Source: a virus
Length of the DNA stretch: 64,000 bases
IMG/VR virus record: IMGVR_UViG_3300005805_000047
Location: 1 to 64,000 of that record
Reading direction: 5' to 3' (one strand)
In this document: positions 18,000 to 28,947 of the stretch, piece after piece
How positions within the stretch are numbered: the stretch's first letter is position 1
How the letters are laid out: each line of letters opens with the position of its first letter
Notes under the pieces: model-generated
Told to the model about the DNA's origin: nothing
The model's input: the letters and a program-made list of their open reading frames with translations, nothing else
Databases searched by the model: none
Made by a program: the position numbers and the translations under genes

Positions 18000-19204
18000 A
18001 GGTAGTCCAATGTGATGTCAATGTCATCAAAATCCAGCAGCGGAAGGCTTCCTTTGCTGTTGAATATGAGGTCACCGTTCGCATCTGTTGTTGAATCGTC
18101 GCACGTGATTGATATGGATGTAACGTAGGCAACATTCGGTACTGAGTTTATTTGACCCAATACAGCATTTTTACGGATTGCTGGATCTGTTCCGGGGAAG
18201 TTGTTTGGCGAGAAATAATATGAAAGGGTTGTTTGAATTGCATTCAAGGTTGAGACATAATCTGTATCGGATGCGATTTTTATACTTGCCGTAACCGTTA
18301 CTGGCAAAATTTTAATATCATCAACAATGATGAGTAGTCCAGCAAGAACGCGATCAGATAGTTCTTCGTACAACTTGATTTTCTCAAACTCCGACAATGC
18401 CCTGCCATCGCCATAGACAAATAATGATGTATAACCAGGTACATCGGCGGCGCCAATAAGTCGATTTGATAAGGAGTTTGTCAAATCATAAGCTTTTGCC
18501 CGAGAGAGAAAAGGGTAGTTGGATAGGGCATATGTTTCTATTTGTTTTGCAGTACTTGAAGTAACTGTCATTGATTGCAGAAATGTTGCGAACCTAGCCA
18601 GAAACTCAGAATCGCTTTCGCCAGTTGTGCCCTGAAAGAAGCCGCTTTGGGCAACAGCAGAGTCAACTACTGACTGGGAATTAAGAATGGTCAAAACGGT
18701 ATTCTCTGGAACCGTACGTCGTTCCCCAATTTCTAGTGCTGTCAGGTTTACATCAATTGATGGAAGCGGGGTGGGCGGATCTGCTTCCAAGTCTGGCTCT
18801 ACTGCCTCAATGGTTATGGCGGCTGGAAGTTCGTAGTATTCTCGGTAAACCTGCCCGCCGGCTTCAAAAGCGAACTCAAATGTCGTTCCTGCCTCCAGTT
18901 GACCTCCGGCATAATCAATTGCCGTTATGGTTGCAGGGACAACTGCGTATGTTCCATTGCGTCTGGTTACACCCATCAAGGCGGCCACACCCTCAATCAA
19001 CTGATTTGGAATTGCATTGATGTGGTTGATGGCAATTGTGCTAATGAAGGAAAAAGCCTGAAGGAGTCCATCCTCAATAGTTCCTGGGCGAATTGTCAAC
19101 TGAGGGACATTCAACTGCACCAAATCAAGTGCGGTCAAATAAAGTTCTGCTGGATCTTTGTCGTACAGACGGAGATTTATATATTGACTAAAGTCAACTG
19201 ACAT
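17996..19204 (-). CDS. baseplate J-like protein
   Basis: GVTRRNGTYA, GTTGESDSEFLARF, VPNVAYV; position in the baseplate cluster. Confidence 0.8.
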   Translation of the reverse strand: MSVDFSQYINLRLYDKDPAELYLTALDLVQLNVPQLTIRPGTIEDGLLQAFSFISTIAINHINAIPNQLIEGVAALMGVTRRNGTYAVVPATITAIDYAGGQLEAGTTFEFAFEAGGQVYREYYELPAAITIEAVEPDLEADPPTPLPSIDVNLTALEIGERRTVPENTVLTILNSQSVVDSAVAQSGFFQGTTGESDSEFLARFATFLQSMTVTSSTAKQIETYALSNYPFLSRAKAYDLTNSLSNRLIGAADVPGYTSLFVYGDGRALSEFEKIKLYEELSDRVLAGLLIIVDDIKILPVTVTASIKIASDTDYVSTLNAIQTTLSYYFSPNNFPGTDPAIRKNAVLGQINSVPNVAYVTSISITCDDSTTDANGDLIFNSKGSLPLLDFDDIDITLDYL

Positions 19205-19205
19205 T

Positions 19206-19505
19206 TTATAGCCTCCTAAATTTGACTCGGAGGTTTACCACTCCAGTTCGTTCGTTTTGTTCACCCTCTGCTTCAAGTATGCGTACTTCTGGAACAAAAC
19301 GTGAAGCTTGAATCATAAACAAACCCCTATTCACTGTCCTAAATGACGGATCCAAAACCCCAAAAGTCGGAGTGTATGGGTGTGTTCCGGGTTCTGTTAG
19401 GGCGGCCATGCTTAGCAACTGAGCATAAAAGTCATCAGTCCCATCTTCGAGGGTCGCCAAAGACCCGTTTTTGTCAAAAGTTAGTGGAAATTTGAGTGTT
19501 GACAT
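19206..19505 (-). CDS. baseplate wedge gp25/gpW-like protein
   Basis: LKFPLTF..LTEPGTHPYTPTFG..PEVRI; start at MSTLKF. Confidence 0.7.
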   Translation of the reverse strand: MSTLKFPLTFDKNGSLATLEDGTDDFYAQLLSMAALTEPGTHPYTPTFGVLDPSFRTVNRGLFMIQASRFVPEVRILEAEGEQNERTGVVNLRVKFRRL

Positions 19506-19506
19506 A

Positions 19507-19881
19507 TCAGGGGTTCTCCAATGCAGAAACTCGCACATCAAGGGCCGCAATGGCCGCATTTATGACAGCTACTGCTTCTGCCAATTCTACTTTCGTAGCA
19601 AAGACATCGAGGGCAACATTCATTCTACCAATAACGACCAACTCGCGATTGTCGTTTGCCAGAAAGGCACAAAGAACTGAGTCTCCCTTTTTGAGTTGCT
19701 TAGCTTTCGTTGTATCTAGGGCAACTACCTTTGCCACATTTACGCCCAACCCAGGGATGCGAATTGAAACAGTATTGCCACTACCCACGGATGTGACTGT
19801 TCCAGCATAAAGACCGCCACCCCTAAATGGAAGGGCTGCGCCATTTTGTCGATTTATTAAATCTGGGTGTTGGTCTCTCAT
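19507..19881 (-). CDS. short baseplate spike-like (OB-fold) protein
   Basis: GLYAGTVTSV..VSIRIP..KKGDSVLCAF..VVIG, lying between hub and gp25-like genes. Confidence 0.55.
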   Translation of the reverse strand: MRDQHPDLINRQNGAALPFRGGGLYAGTVTSVGSGNTVSIRIPGLGVNVAKVVALDTTKAKQLKKGDSVLCAFLANDNRELVVIGRMNVALDVFATKVELAEAVAVINAAIAALDVRVSALENP

Positions 19882-21122
19882 GCTGGGATATCCGGTCTTT
19901 GTTTCTTCCCAGTATCTACTGGGAGTGTTTCGCCTCGTGTTATGTACGGAACAAGAACATCTGGGCCAATTGCATCGCCCGTACCTGGATACTTTGGACC
20001 AACCGGAAGATACAATTTTTCCTTGGGCTTTCGCTCTGGCGTCTGAAACTGAATACCAACTCCGTTTGGTGATCGCTCTTCAAAGTCCACTGACGTAACC
20101 AAGTAGTAACCGGTAAATGTGGGTATGTCTCCCACGAATACGGTCATGCCCGGACGAATACCAACGCCATTGGTTCTTTCCACTATGGCACTTCCCTGCC
20201 CCTCCATTACGTCTTGGTCTGACCTACTCATTTGTGGCATTTTCTGAGTTTGGTAATCTCTGCCAATGTCTCCGGGAACCAAGGGTATGTATCGACGCGT
20301 AACCCGCTTATCTTCAAGCTTGTCAGTTTTGGGATTTTTTATTTGTGCTACATAGGTAATTGCATCTGGACCCCACTTGTACATCAGCCATTTCATTGAA
20401 GCGAAATAAAGAACATTGTCAACTTCAAAACATTTGAACTTTGCCTGTTGGGCGAGGTTTTGGATAACATCCCAAAGAGAGTCTGCTTCGTTCTCGCCAC
20501 TCGCTTGAGTAATTTTCTGCTTTTTTGTAGTTTGCTCAGCAACGAGTTTTAGTCCGTATTTGTCGCATGCCGCCTTAACAAAAGCAGTTCCAGTGCCGGT
20601 GATAACGCCTGGTTTCTTGTCGCGCTTCATTTGTTGAACGCGCTTGGGGCGACACTTGACCGTCCAGATTGGAGAGACACTCTGCTCTTGGTCTACGGAA
20701 ATATCGGCAACTTCCATTAAGAGATTTACGAGCTTAATTCCGGCCACTTTTTCCACATCATCAAATTGTGACTCAGCTATAGTTTTGGAAAGATAGGTAA
20801 CATCCCTGCCGATATTGAAGTAATTGGCGGCCGCAAATGATTCTGGCGAACCTCGCTCGCCTTTCGCTGCTCGATAGTCGCGATCAATAATTTTAAGGGT
20901 TATTTCCGTAACCTGATCCATGCCATAGTTGACCGAACAGGACAGTATTGAATCATTGAGTTGCTCCTTAATTCCTGTCGGTATGTCACCAAATGTGACA
21001 TTGAATAATTCGGCCCCCCTAATTGGAAGCGAGCCACTGGTGTAAACTTTTGATGGATTTCCGTATTCATCAGTGGAATACCCACCATCCGTCGTTTGGG
21101 TAGTAGATGTTGAATTGGACAC
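19878..21122 (-). CDS. baseplate hub protein (gpD/gp27-like)
   Basis: SLWDVIQNLAQQAKFKCFEVDNVLYF; IRPGMTV..FTGYYLVTSV. Confidence 0.7.
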   Translation of the reverse strand: MSNSTSTTQTTDGGYSTDEYGNPSKVYTSGSLPIRGAELFNVTFGDIPTGIKEQLNDSILSCSVNYGMDQVTEITLKIIDRDYRAAKGERGSPESFAAANYFNIGRDVTYLSKTIAESQFDDVEKVAGIKLVNLLMEVADISVDQEQSVSPIWTVKCRPKRVQQMKRDKKPGVITGTGTAFVKAACDKYGLKLVAEQTTKKQKITQASGENEADSLWDVIQNLAQQAKFKCFEVDNVLYFASMKWLMYKWGPDAITYVAQIKNPKTDKLEDKRVTRRYIPLVPGDIGRDYQTQKMPQMSRSDQDVMEGQGSAIVERTNGVGIRPGMTVFVGDIPTFTGYYLVTSVDFEERSPNGVGIQFQTPERKPKEKLYLPVGPKYPGTGDAIGPDVLVPYITRGETLPVDTGKKQRPDIPA

Positions 21123-21124
21123 TG

Positions 21125-24046
21125 CTAGAAGCTCCTATTGACGCCAGTTTCAAGCAATAGATATTCTTTGAATTGTTCTTGGGTTGGCACAGGTATGTCC
21201 GTGCACTTCTTTTTACACGGACGAATAGGTGGCATTTGGACAATGCTCACATTCTCAATTGGTATTTCCTGAAGGGTCATACTGCAAGTTGCTCTAGAAA
21301 TTTGATTAGGAACTGCAGAGTTCCCAGCAAGACCCTGCGCTGGGGTTCTCTGAACCGCCGTAACTGTAAAGTCTGCTATAACAAATTCCATTCCCCTAGT
21401 TTTTGCTAAGGTCGGCCAGCGCACATCATCGGACATAAATTTGTCCATATTCAGAAATGTGACCGGATATGGTGTCTGAGCCATTTCTCGTAATTTCGTT
21501 ATTTGGTCTTCGCAACTATAAAACAAACCGTATCCAGTATTTGCTTCAAACCGTCTGTCAACAATGTCAAAGTTGAAACTTATCTTCAACAATTGAAAGC
21601 CATTCCAGTCAACTATTGGATAACTACCAGTGCGCTCAATTTCTGTCCACCTAGTGCCGATTCCTGAATAATTAACCTCTCGCGGAACGAATGGAAATTG
21701 AAATCGCCTCGGTGGCGTGTCTCCTGCGGTTACACCATCTTTGTAAACTTCATATGTCTGAACAAGTTCGGGAACGCCAGGGATTGATGCCTCCCTGATG
21801 CCTTGTCGATAACCAGGTAGGCCACGAACAACATTGATTCTGATTGTTGTGGTACCGTTGGCTTCTCCAGAAGAACTTGATGCACCGCTTTGTGTTCCGC
21901 TTGTTTGGGTTTTCGCTGCTGGCTTGAGACCTTTAGCAAATGCCCTAAGGGCCAAGTAGAGCGGATCCTGCTTGACCGCCTCTTCTGCTGCCTTTTTTGA
22001 CAAACCACCATCCTTCTGAAGGGCAATGACCTTGGCTGCCAACAATGAATCAAAGAATATGTTTTTTAGCGTCCCTAATGGGGCGCCAAGATTGGCCTGA
22101 CGCTGAAGAAAATTTTGAAGTTGTTTTTGGGTCAAAGATTGAACAGATGCCGCCGTTACCAATTTCCCTGTTGCATCGGTAATTGCTTTTGTCCAATCTT
22201 TGGGAACAGACGGGGTAGTTGTTACTGTCCCCGTACCACCCGTGCCAGTGTTGCTGGAACCAGTTTCGCCAACGACTATTGGTGCAGTGGATGAGTTTCC
22301 GAATCCTCTCAATCCAGTAGAAATTGCTATGCCCTCAACATTGCGCAAACTGATTTTACACGTTGACGAGATATCGTATGTCGTGTAATAAGTTTTTCTC
22401 ACCACGTAAGCAGTAAACAAAGTAGTTGACAGCTTTTGATTTACGGCATTTGCTGCTTCAATCTTTAGGTTTGCCTGATAGTCAATAAGTTGTGTTGTGT
22501 TGAAGCCTAGGGCACTGACGCTGGACTTGAGGAATTTACCAAAATGAAACCCTCTAGCCCAAGGGGCGGACGGCGATAAGAAATCCGCTGCTGCGGATGC
22601 TACTTGGCCAGTAAATGTTGCAGAACTTGTCCCACTCGTTTTGCGTTGCTGTGTTGGGAGAATGTAGTAGTAATTTGCCCTTGCGGCATTTATTGCAGTC
22701 TCTAATTGGTTATTTGTTGGATTAGCAGGCACGACTGGTGCAAATCCCGCTATCCATCCGCCTTCACCAGTGATACCTGCACCAATACCAATAATGGAAG
22801 ATCCATCAACGACAGTTGTCGGCAGAAACGACCCAGATGAATCTGCTTTCGGAGTCCATGATCGAAATGCATTTGGTTGCGCTTCAAATTTATAATTTGC
22901 TGCGATGTGATTCTGGTTTGCACCACTGTAGACAATTGACTTACCACCAGTTGTGGCAAATTGTGCCGCCGAACTCTGGCTTTGCTGGTTTCTTATATGG
23001 GTCTCAATGGTGTCGGCACTTTCTTTGTCAAAATACAATGGTTCCCATTTGCCGTTGATGCGCGCGCATAATCCAACATAATTAAGGTCAATGGTTTTGG
23101 TTGCATTTGAAACTCGCGCCACACTTCCAGGGGGCGTCGTTGGCGGATTTTCGGAAATCGGTATATTTCCAAAGAGTTTTACATTGTCCGGACCAGATGC
23201 TTGTGCAATTGATTCCACCACAGAAACGCTTTTTACATTTGTGTTTGCAGGAATCTCGGATTGTAGGCGTGGTATGGGGTTGGATGGCTCATCTTGAATG
23301 TAATATTTGATGTTTGGGTCAGCATATTCACCAAGACCAGTAATTGACCCCAAGTTCACACCTGGTATCCCGTTTGAATTATAAGTATTTATGCCCGTCG
23401 TTGAGAATCCACTTCCGCCAGATTTGGAATATCCATCCGAATTTTTTGGAGTCAAATCGTAGGAATAACTGGTACTTTGAGGAACTTTAAAGTGATCAAA
23501 TAATACGCCCCAATTGGTAAGCCTCCCACCGTTTACCGCACTCCAGCGAAGCCAAAGCATCTGGTACCAACCAGTAATCATAAAGGCATTTGGTGTCAGG
23601 TCTTGTTGTCTGAGTATTGAGCCATAACCAGAGAACGGCACAGATGGCAGGAAATTGGTCGGAATTTCAGGGCTCCTGACCGAATAGCCTTCTTCTTTTT
23701 TAAATTTTTGATATCTGGGATCTAGGCTGGGTGCATAAATTTCCCTAAACACTCTCATCCATGTTGTTGCTTCAAACACAACATTGTTTCCGAGGTATCC
23801 ACGTATGCGGACATTTTTGATATAACTGGTTGCCTGCACATTGAGTGCTGTTGGAATAATCAAATTTGATTTGTTTGGTTCATCGTATCCATAAGCAAGA
23901 CGTTGATTGGCAATATTGGCCGTATAGGAGCCAACCATGGTTGAACCCGGCATACCCGAATACATGGTGCCAGCAGCATAGTTTGTGCGAGTGGTACCAA
24001 GCAATAGGTTTATGACTTGGTCTGCCCCTGTGTTCCCAGTTGTCAT
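21125..24046 (-). CDS. large tail protein with probable C-terminal tube-initiator domain
   Basis: Follows the tape measure gene; C-terminal FQFPFVPREVNYS..WTEIERTG..P..LLKISF..CSMTLQE. Confidence 0.55.
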   Translation of the reverse strand: MTTGNTGADQVINLLLGTTRTNYAAGTMYSGMPGSTMVGSYTANIANQRLAYGYDEPNKSNLIIPTALNVQATSYIKNVRIRGYLGNNVVFEATTWMRVFREIYAPSLDPRYQKFKKEEGYSVRSPEIPTNFLPSVPFSGYGSILRQQDLTPNAFMITGWYQMLWLRWSAVNGGRLTNWGVLFDHFKVPQSTSYSYDLTPKNSDGYSKSGGSGFSTTGINTYNSNGIPGVNLGSITGLGEYADPNIKYYIQDEPSNPIPRLQSEIPANTNVKSVSVVESIAQASGPDNVKLFGNIPISENPPTTPPGSVARVSNATKTIDLNYVGLCARINGKWEPLYFDKESADTIETHIRNQQSQSSAAQFATTGGKSIVYSGANQNHIAANYKFEAQPNAFRSWTPKADSSGSFLPTTVVDGSSIIGIGAGITGEGGWIAGFAPVVPANPTNNQLETAINAARANYYYILPTQQRKTSGTSSATFTGQVASAAADFLSPSAPWARGFHFGKFLKSSVSALGFNTTQLIDYQANLKIEAANAVNQKLSTTLFTAYVVRKTYYTTYDISSTCKISLRNVEGIAISTGLRGFGNSSTAPIVVGETGSSNTGTGGTGTVTTTPSVPKDWTKAITDATGKLVTAASVQSLTQKQLQNFLQRQANLGAPLGTLKNIFFDSLLAAKVIALQKDGGLSKKAAEEAVKQDPLYLALRAFAKGLKPAAKTQTSGTQSGASSSSGEANGTTTIRINVVRGLPGYRQGIREASIPGVPELVQTYEVYKDGVTAGDTPPRRFQFPFVPREVNYSGIGTRWTEIERTGSYPIVDWNGFQLLKISFNFDIVDRRFEANTGYGLFYSCEDQITKLREMAQTPYPVTFLNMDKFMSDDVRWPTLAKTRGMEFVIADFTVTAVQRTPAQGLAGNSAVPNQISRATCSMTLQEIPIENVSIVQMPPIRPCKKKCTDIPVPTQEQFKEYLLLETGVNRSF

Positions 24047-27000
24047 CTGCGATGTCTTTCATTTTCCAAAGCCAATTTCATCTTGCGCACGGCCGCTTCT
24101 GCCACATCATCTGCATTGGTGTTTCCATAGATGTGTTGCTGTATGGTAATGCCACCAGATGTATTACCATTTCCAGTTCCTGTTTGTATCGGTGACATGA
24201 TCTTTGGTGAAACTGCATCGCCATAAGCACCGGGACCAGGAACAACATGAAGATGACGGTTGGCATTTCGACCATGGAATTCAGCGAAGCCACCGTTGGC
24301 ATGTACGAGTCGCTGATATTGACCAAGGTTTTGGCCGACCAAGTCATACGCCCTGCCGGTCACATGATCGGAATTTGTTGATCCCAATCCATACGTTCTA
24401 AAGGCAGATGTAACTGTTCGGTTACCGGTCAACATGCCATCCAGTGCAGAGTGGCGAGACATGGTTTGACTCAGGCGTGATGAAGTCGTATCTCCGACTC
24501 CCTTTCCGCGCGGTGAACTTGTATCCCCGTTTTCATAAACAAACTTGATGAATTTGTCTGTCATCCACTCTGGCTTTTCATCGCGACCATCAAAGAAGGC
24601 ACCAAACATCTTGATAACTTCGCCATATGTGGTGCGCAACTCTTCCGGCATTTTGTCCAGTGCAATATTGAGGGCATCTTGGTCTTGGACCGCCCTGAGA
24701 CCAAGGTCGGACTCTCTGAACCCATAGCCAGAAACGAGGCTGATGAACTGGTCTCTCGTTAACTTGTCCATGTCAACACCGCCAAAGAGTGTTCCGCTCT
24801 CAAGGTCGGTTGCAAATTGTTTTGCTTTGGACGGGTCAAGGTTCTCGAGGGCCTTGGCCATCATTTGGGCATCTACTTGGAATCTATTATTGCTTGCCGA
24901 TCCATACAGTAATGCATTGACCTGCCCGGCAGCATTTCTGGTCTGAGTCTGAAGGGTGTCATTGATGTAGGACTGAAATGCCATTCCACCCTGACTCTCG
25001 GTGAATAGTTTTTCCATCCCGTAGAGCGGACTGGTGACAAAACCGGGCGTCCCTTCGACCCCTTGGGACCTAGTGAACTCGCTTCCGCCGACGCCAAACA
25101 TTCGCTTCAGTTCAAATGCACCCTGCAATCCACCACCGGCATAGTTGAGCAAATTGGGGGTGAAACCGTATATAAATTCGGCGAACTCGCTATCTGTTAC
25201 CACACCATTTGCGGCATCGTACAAGTCTCTAAATGAGCGCGCCTGCTCAGAAATGGTTGTTGGATCGGCGATTGAATCTATCTGCTTCTTGAACTTTTCA
25301 AGCCCCTGAATTGCGACGTCCATCTGAAGTCCACGAAGTTGCTCTCTTGTCTTAATGACATTGTAACCAAGTTGCTGAACGACGTCATTGAATTCGGTTG
25401 TTGCATCGTAGAGGTTCACGCCCAATTCCATGGCCATGAGTTCAATTTCTTGTTCAGACTTGCCGGTCATTGCCGTCAATTCTTTAAGTCGATTTGCGTA
25501 GACATCCGTCAAGTGGTTCATTGCTTTTTGACGTTGTTCAACTTTGACTATTGATTTTGTTGTTTCCTCTGGCCGCTTCCGCATTGCTGCCACTTGTTTG
25601 TCGTCAAGTCCGAATTGTTGGCTGTTTTTAGCCATATATTCAACCAGTTCCTTATTTGATGCACCGCCTCGGAACATGTCAAGAAGCACATTTTGTTGCT
25701 GACTAATTCGACCACCAGATCCAGCTGCTTTGACTATTTCGGACTTTCCAACCCCGCCACTAGCCATCATGTTTTGCTGGATTACCCCAAGATTGTCCGT
25801 GACGATTTTGTCAAACACTCCCTCAAATGCTTTGCGGGCTTGCTTTTTCTCTTCCTTAATTCTGTTTGCTCGTCCGACAAGAGCACCAACTGCAGTACCG
25901 ATGATTGCACCTGCGGCTGTTCCGAATCCAGGGGCAATCATTGTTCCGATAGCCGCACCAGCCGCGGCGCCAGAGACAGCACCACCAGCAGCAGTTTTTG
26001 CCGTCAATGCAGTGCCACCAAGACCAATTGCCAACCCAGCAAGTGGGTTCATCATTCCGACCATTGCACCAGCGCTGAGGAAACCCTGCGCTTCTTCTGA
26101 GACCATTCCAGATTGGGCGAGCATCCCCATTCCCATCATTACGCCCATGCCGGCCATTCCTGACCCTTGAAATCCTTTTCGCTTGTCACCATCACCGAAA
26201 ACAGCCTGACCCAAACGACTTTTTCTCGTGTCACCAGCCGCCAATCTTGCACTTTGGATAGCTCTACCAATTTTGGTGCGACGTTCTAGTGGTCCGTTGC
26301 TGCCAATTCCCGATGTCGGGGACAGCCAGTTATTGTAAAGACGACCGTTAAAAAACCTTCCCCTCCTGCTGTTCGGGTCAAAAGTCCCTTGGCCATAGGC
26401 TCTATTGCTGGTCATTAGCCAACCTTGATTGGTTGCTGGGCCACCTGGGCCATATGGGCCACTTGGACCACTTGGACCACCTGTACCACTTGGTGGGATT
26501 ACCGTGGGACCACGAGCAGTGAGATAGTTACTATTTGCAATTTCCCTATCTCTCACTCGTCTGGCATAGTCGCCAAGTCGACTTTCTCTAATTCTTCTGC
26601 CAATTCCCCTGTCATAAGCATTGCGTAATCGGGAATCACTGCCATAACCACCTGCGGCATGACGCTGCTTCTCACCGAAGAAACGCGCAAACCGCTCTTT
26701 CCTTGTAATGATCCTTCCGTCTGCTGTGTATCCCTTGGCTTCCCTGCCAAAACTACTAAGCATTCTTTGGTCACTAGGAACTTTGACTGCCCCACTTGTT
26801 GGGTGTTGAAAGAAGGTGACTGGTCTACCACGTTCCATTTGGGTCACCATTTCATAACCCTTATAGCGACCACTTCTCATCATTTGTCCACCGTGCGGAC
26901 CAATGCCTGCTTGAGCACTGCCATATTGGGTTTTTACGAATCGACCACGCGGTGTTCCTGCGAACGGATTTAATACCCCTCTACCGGGAACCACTGTGCC

Positions 27001-28908
27001 GCCTCCACTTGATGCAAAACCAGCACCACCACCACCACCGCCGCCACCCGGCCTGCCCATGTATGGACCAGTAACCATGCCGGGTCGTCCAGGTCCAGTG
27101 TTAATTTGATTTGAACCCGGAACAACACCAGCGCTTCCACCCATGCCTGCCCGCCCGTATTGGGCTATAGGTTTTCCGTTGATGTAAATAACGCGAGAAT
27201 TCACGTTCATGTTGGCAACTTCACGTATGCCAGACATGCTTTCGCCTCTAGTGAAGTATCCCTTGGTATTTTTCATCCCCTTGGCTAAACCGATGAGCAT
27301 CATCAGCGAACCAACACCGCCCAAACCAGTTCCACCGGTTAGTTTTGTGAAACCTCCAAGGAAACTCGTAAACAATTCAATGAGGCTTGTGAAACCTTTA
27401 ATAACCTTATTTATGAATGGAAGTGCCTGGAAAAACAACTTTCTTGCTTCATGGAAATACTCCATTACTTTGGAAATCAGGTTTCCAATGTTTGTACCAA
27501 ACTCCAAAAGTGCCGGTTGATTGACCTGCAATTGATCATTGAATGAATACATGTTTTTCTGTATTTGATCCCAGATTGGCAACCAGGCTTGCTTGAGAAT
27601 TCCCTCAACAACTCTCGCACCTTTTATGAAAGGTTCAAGGGCAGTCTTAATTCTGTTCCATCCATCGGTAAATCGATCCCACCAGTCACCGATGCGCCCG
27701 AAAATTCCCATTGTCTGAGGGAGGTAATCCCTAGTTGTTCTTATAAAGAAGTCAGTAACTTTCTGAACCATGACGGAAATCTTGTCAATAAAGCCAGACT
27801 GACCGAATTCTCCAATTTGCCCCGATGTTCGCTTGAGGGCATTGCTGATTATTGCAAAAACTTCTCTTGTTTCTTTTTTTATCGGACCAAGGAACTGTTG
27901 TCCAAAGTCAGCGAACATGCCCCTGAGCATGTTGAATTCACCCTTGAGGGTGTTGATTAGAGTTCCGGAGACGGCAGCAAATTGCCCATCAACTCCACCG
28001 AGCTTGGCGAGTTCGCCAGATCGCATGGCCGCGGCAAGTGCGTCCTTGGTTTGTCCTTTCTTGCCAGCAGTTTTTTCGTATTCCTCAAGAGCTTTTTTCA
28101 TCTGTGGACTAAACTTCTTGCCAGCAGTAACTACATCTGCATAGGTCTTTTTTGTGTCCTGCAATGTGGCTATGAGTGCACCCGCCTGTTTGGTGCCCTC
28201 TTTCATGTCCATGCCAGCACTTGCAAAATCCATGAGACCCTTGAGTGTTGCTTTGGATCCTGCCGTGAACTTACTGGTCTTGGACACTTCTCCATAAACC
28301 TGCACCAAATTTTCTACACCAACGGCAGCCAAACTGGCATCCATGGTGAGTGCTCGCATCTGTACTCTGGTTTGATTGAGTGCCGAACCGAACTCCTTGG
28401 CCTGACCACGACCAGAAAATGCATACATAGCGGCTTGCTGTTCCCGAAGGGCCGCAGCGACAGTTCCTGCGGCGATGGCTACTCCAGCCATACCTCCAGC
28501 CACCAGTTTCATCACGCCGTGGTAAGCCTTCATGATGAGCTTTCCAGCAGCGAATACCAAATGCACACCAACCATAGCGGCACCCATGGCGGCCATTTCG
28601 AGAGCGACCGCTTTTGCCGTCATGGCGAGGAACTTCATCATTCCAGTTCCCGTCATTTTTATCATCTTGTCAAACGAGTCAAATCGCTTTTTATAACTGC
28701 GACTTACCCTATCAAATTCATTCCCCTCTGAGCGAATTCTGTTTTGGCGTCCACGAGAAGCCAGACCCTCATCTCGGTCTGCTTTCTTTCGTGCTTTATT
28801 GTCTCGTTCCCGTACACCAGCAAGACGTTCTAGTTTGCGTCGGGTGCGGTCAATCTCCCGGTCATCAGATTTGACCTCTATTTTTATTACGACGCGTTCG
28901 TCGGCCAT
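24043..28908 (-). CDS. tape measure protein with C-terminal LAS/M15-like peptidase
   Basis: ~1620 aa, helical and Ala/Gly-rich with hydrophobic segments, downstream of the tail chaperone; C-terminal TSAFR..SDHVTGRAYD..HLH; GGAG RBS before ATG 28908. Confidence 0.85.
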   Translation of the reverse strand: MADERVVIKIEVKSDDREIDRTRRKLERLAGVRERDNKARKKADRDEGLASRGRQNRIRSEGNEFDRVSRSYKKRFDSFDKMIKMTGTGMMKFLAMTAKAVALEMAAMGAAMVGVHLVFAAGKLIMKAYHGVMKLVAGGMAGVAIAAGTVAAALREQQAAMYAFSGRGQAKEFGSALNQTRVQMRALTMDASLAAVGVENLVQVYGEVSKTSKFTAGSKATLKGLMDFASAGMDMKEGTKQAGALIATLQDTKKTYADVVTAGKKFSPQMKKALEEYEKTAGKKGQTKDALAAAMRSGELAKLGGVDGQFAAVSGTLINTLKGEFNMLRGMFADFGQQFLGPIKKETREVFAIISNALKRTSGQIGEFGQSGFIDKISVMVQKVTDFFIRTTRDYLPQTMGIFGRIGDWWDRFTDGWNRIKTALEPFIKGARVVEGILKQAWLPIWDQIQKNMYSFNDQLQVNQPALLEFGTNIGNLISKVMEYFHEARKLFFQALPFINKVIKGFTSLIELFTSFLGGFTKLTGGTGLGGVGSLMMLIGLAKGMKNTKGYFTRGESMSGIREVANMNVNSRVIYINGKPIAQYGRAGMGGSAGVVPGSNQINTGPGRPGMVTGPYMGRPGGGGGGGGAGFASSGGGTVVPGRGVLNPFAGTPRGRFVKTQYGSAQAGIGPHGGQMMRSGRYKGYEMVTQMERGRPVTFFQHPTSGAVKVPSDQRMLSSFGREAKGYTADGRIITRKERFARFFGEKQRHAAGGYGSDSRLRNAYDRGIGRRIRESRLGDYARRVRDREIANSNYLTARGPTVIPPSGTGGPSGPSGPYGPGGPATNQGWLMTSNRAYGQGTFDPNSRRGRFFNGRLYNNWLSPTSGIGSNGPLERRTKIGRAIQSARLAAGDTRKSRLGQAVFGDGDKRKGFQGSGMAGMGVMMGMGMLAQSGMVSEEAQGFLSAGAMVGMMNPLAGLAIGLGGTALTAKTAAGGAVSGAAAGAAIGTMIAPGFGTAAGAIIGTAVGALVGRANRIKEEKKQARKAFEGVFDKIVTDNLGVIQQNMMASGGVGKSEIVKAAGSGGRISQQQNVLLDMFRGGASNKELVEYMAKNSQQFGLDDKQVAAMRKRPEETTKSIVKVEQRQKAMNHLTDVYANRLKELTAMTGKSEQEIELMAMELGVNLYDATTEFNDVVQQLGYNVIKTREQLRGLQMDVAIQGLEKFKKQIDSIADPTTISEQARSFRDLYDAANGVVTDSEFAEFIYGFTPNLLNYAGGGLQGAFELKRMFGVGGSEFTRSQGVEGTPGFVTSPLYGMEKLFTESQGGMAFQSYINDTLQTQTRNAAGQVNALLYGSASNNRFQVDAQMMAKALENLDPSKAKQFATDLESGTLFGGVDMDKLTRDQFISLVSGYGFRESDLGLRAVQDQDALNIALDKMPEELRTTYGEVIKMFGAFFDGRDEKPEWMTDKFIKFVYENGDTSSPRGKGVGDTTSSRLSQTMSRHSALDGMLTGNRTVTSAFRTYGLGSTNSDHVTGRAYDLVGQNLGQYQRLVHANGGFAEFHGRNANRHLHVVPGPGAYGDAVSPKIMSPIQTGTGNGNTSGGITIQQHIYGNTNADDVAEAAVRKMKLALENERHRR

Positions 28909-28947
28909 AGTCACTCCGGGTGGTGCATGTGCCTGATCGGCTAACCA

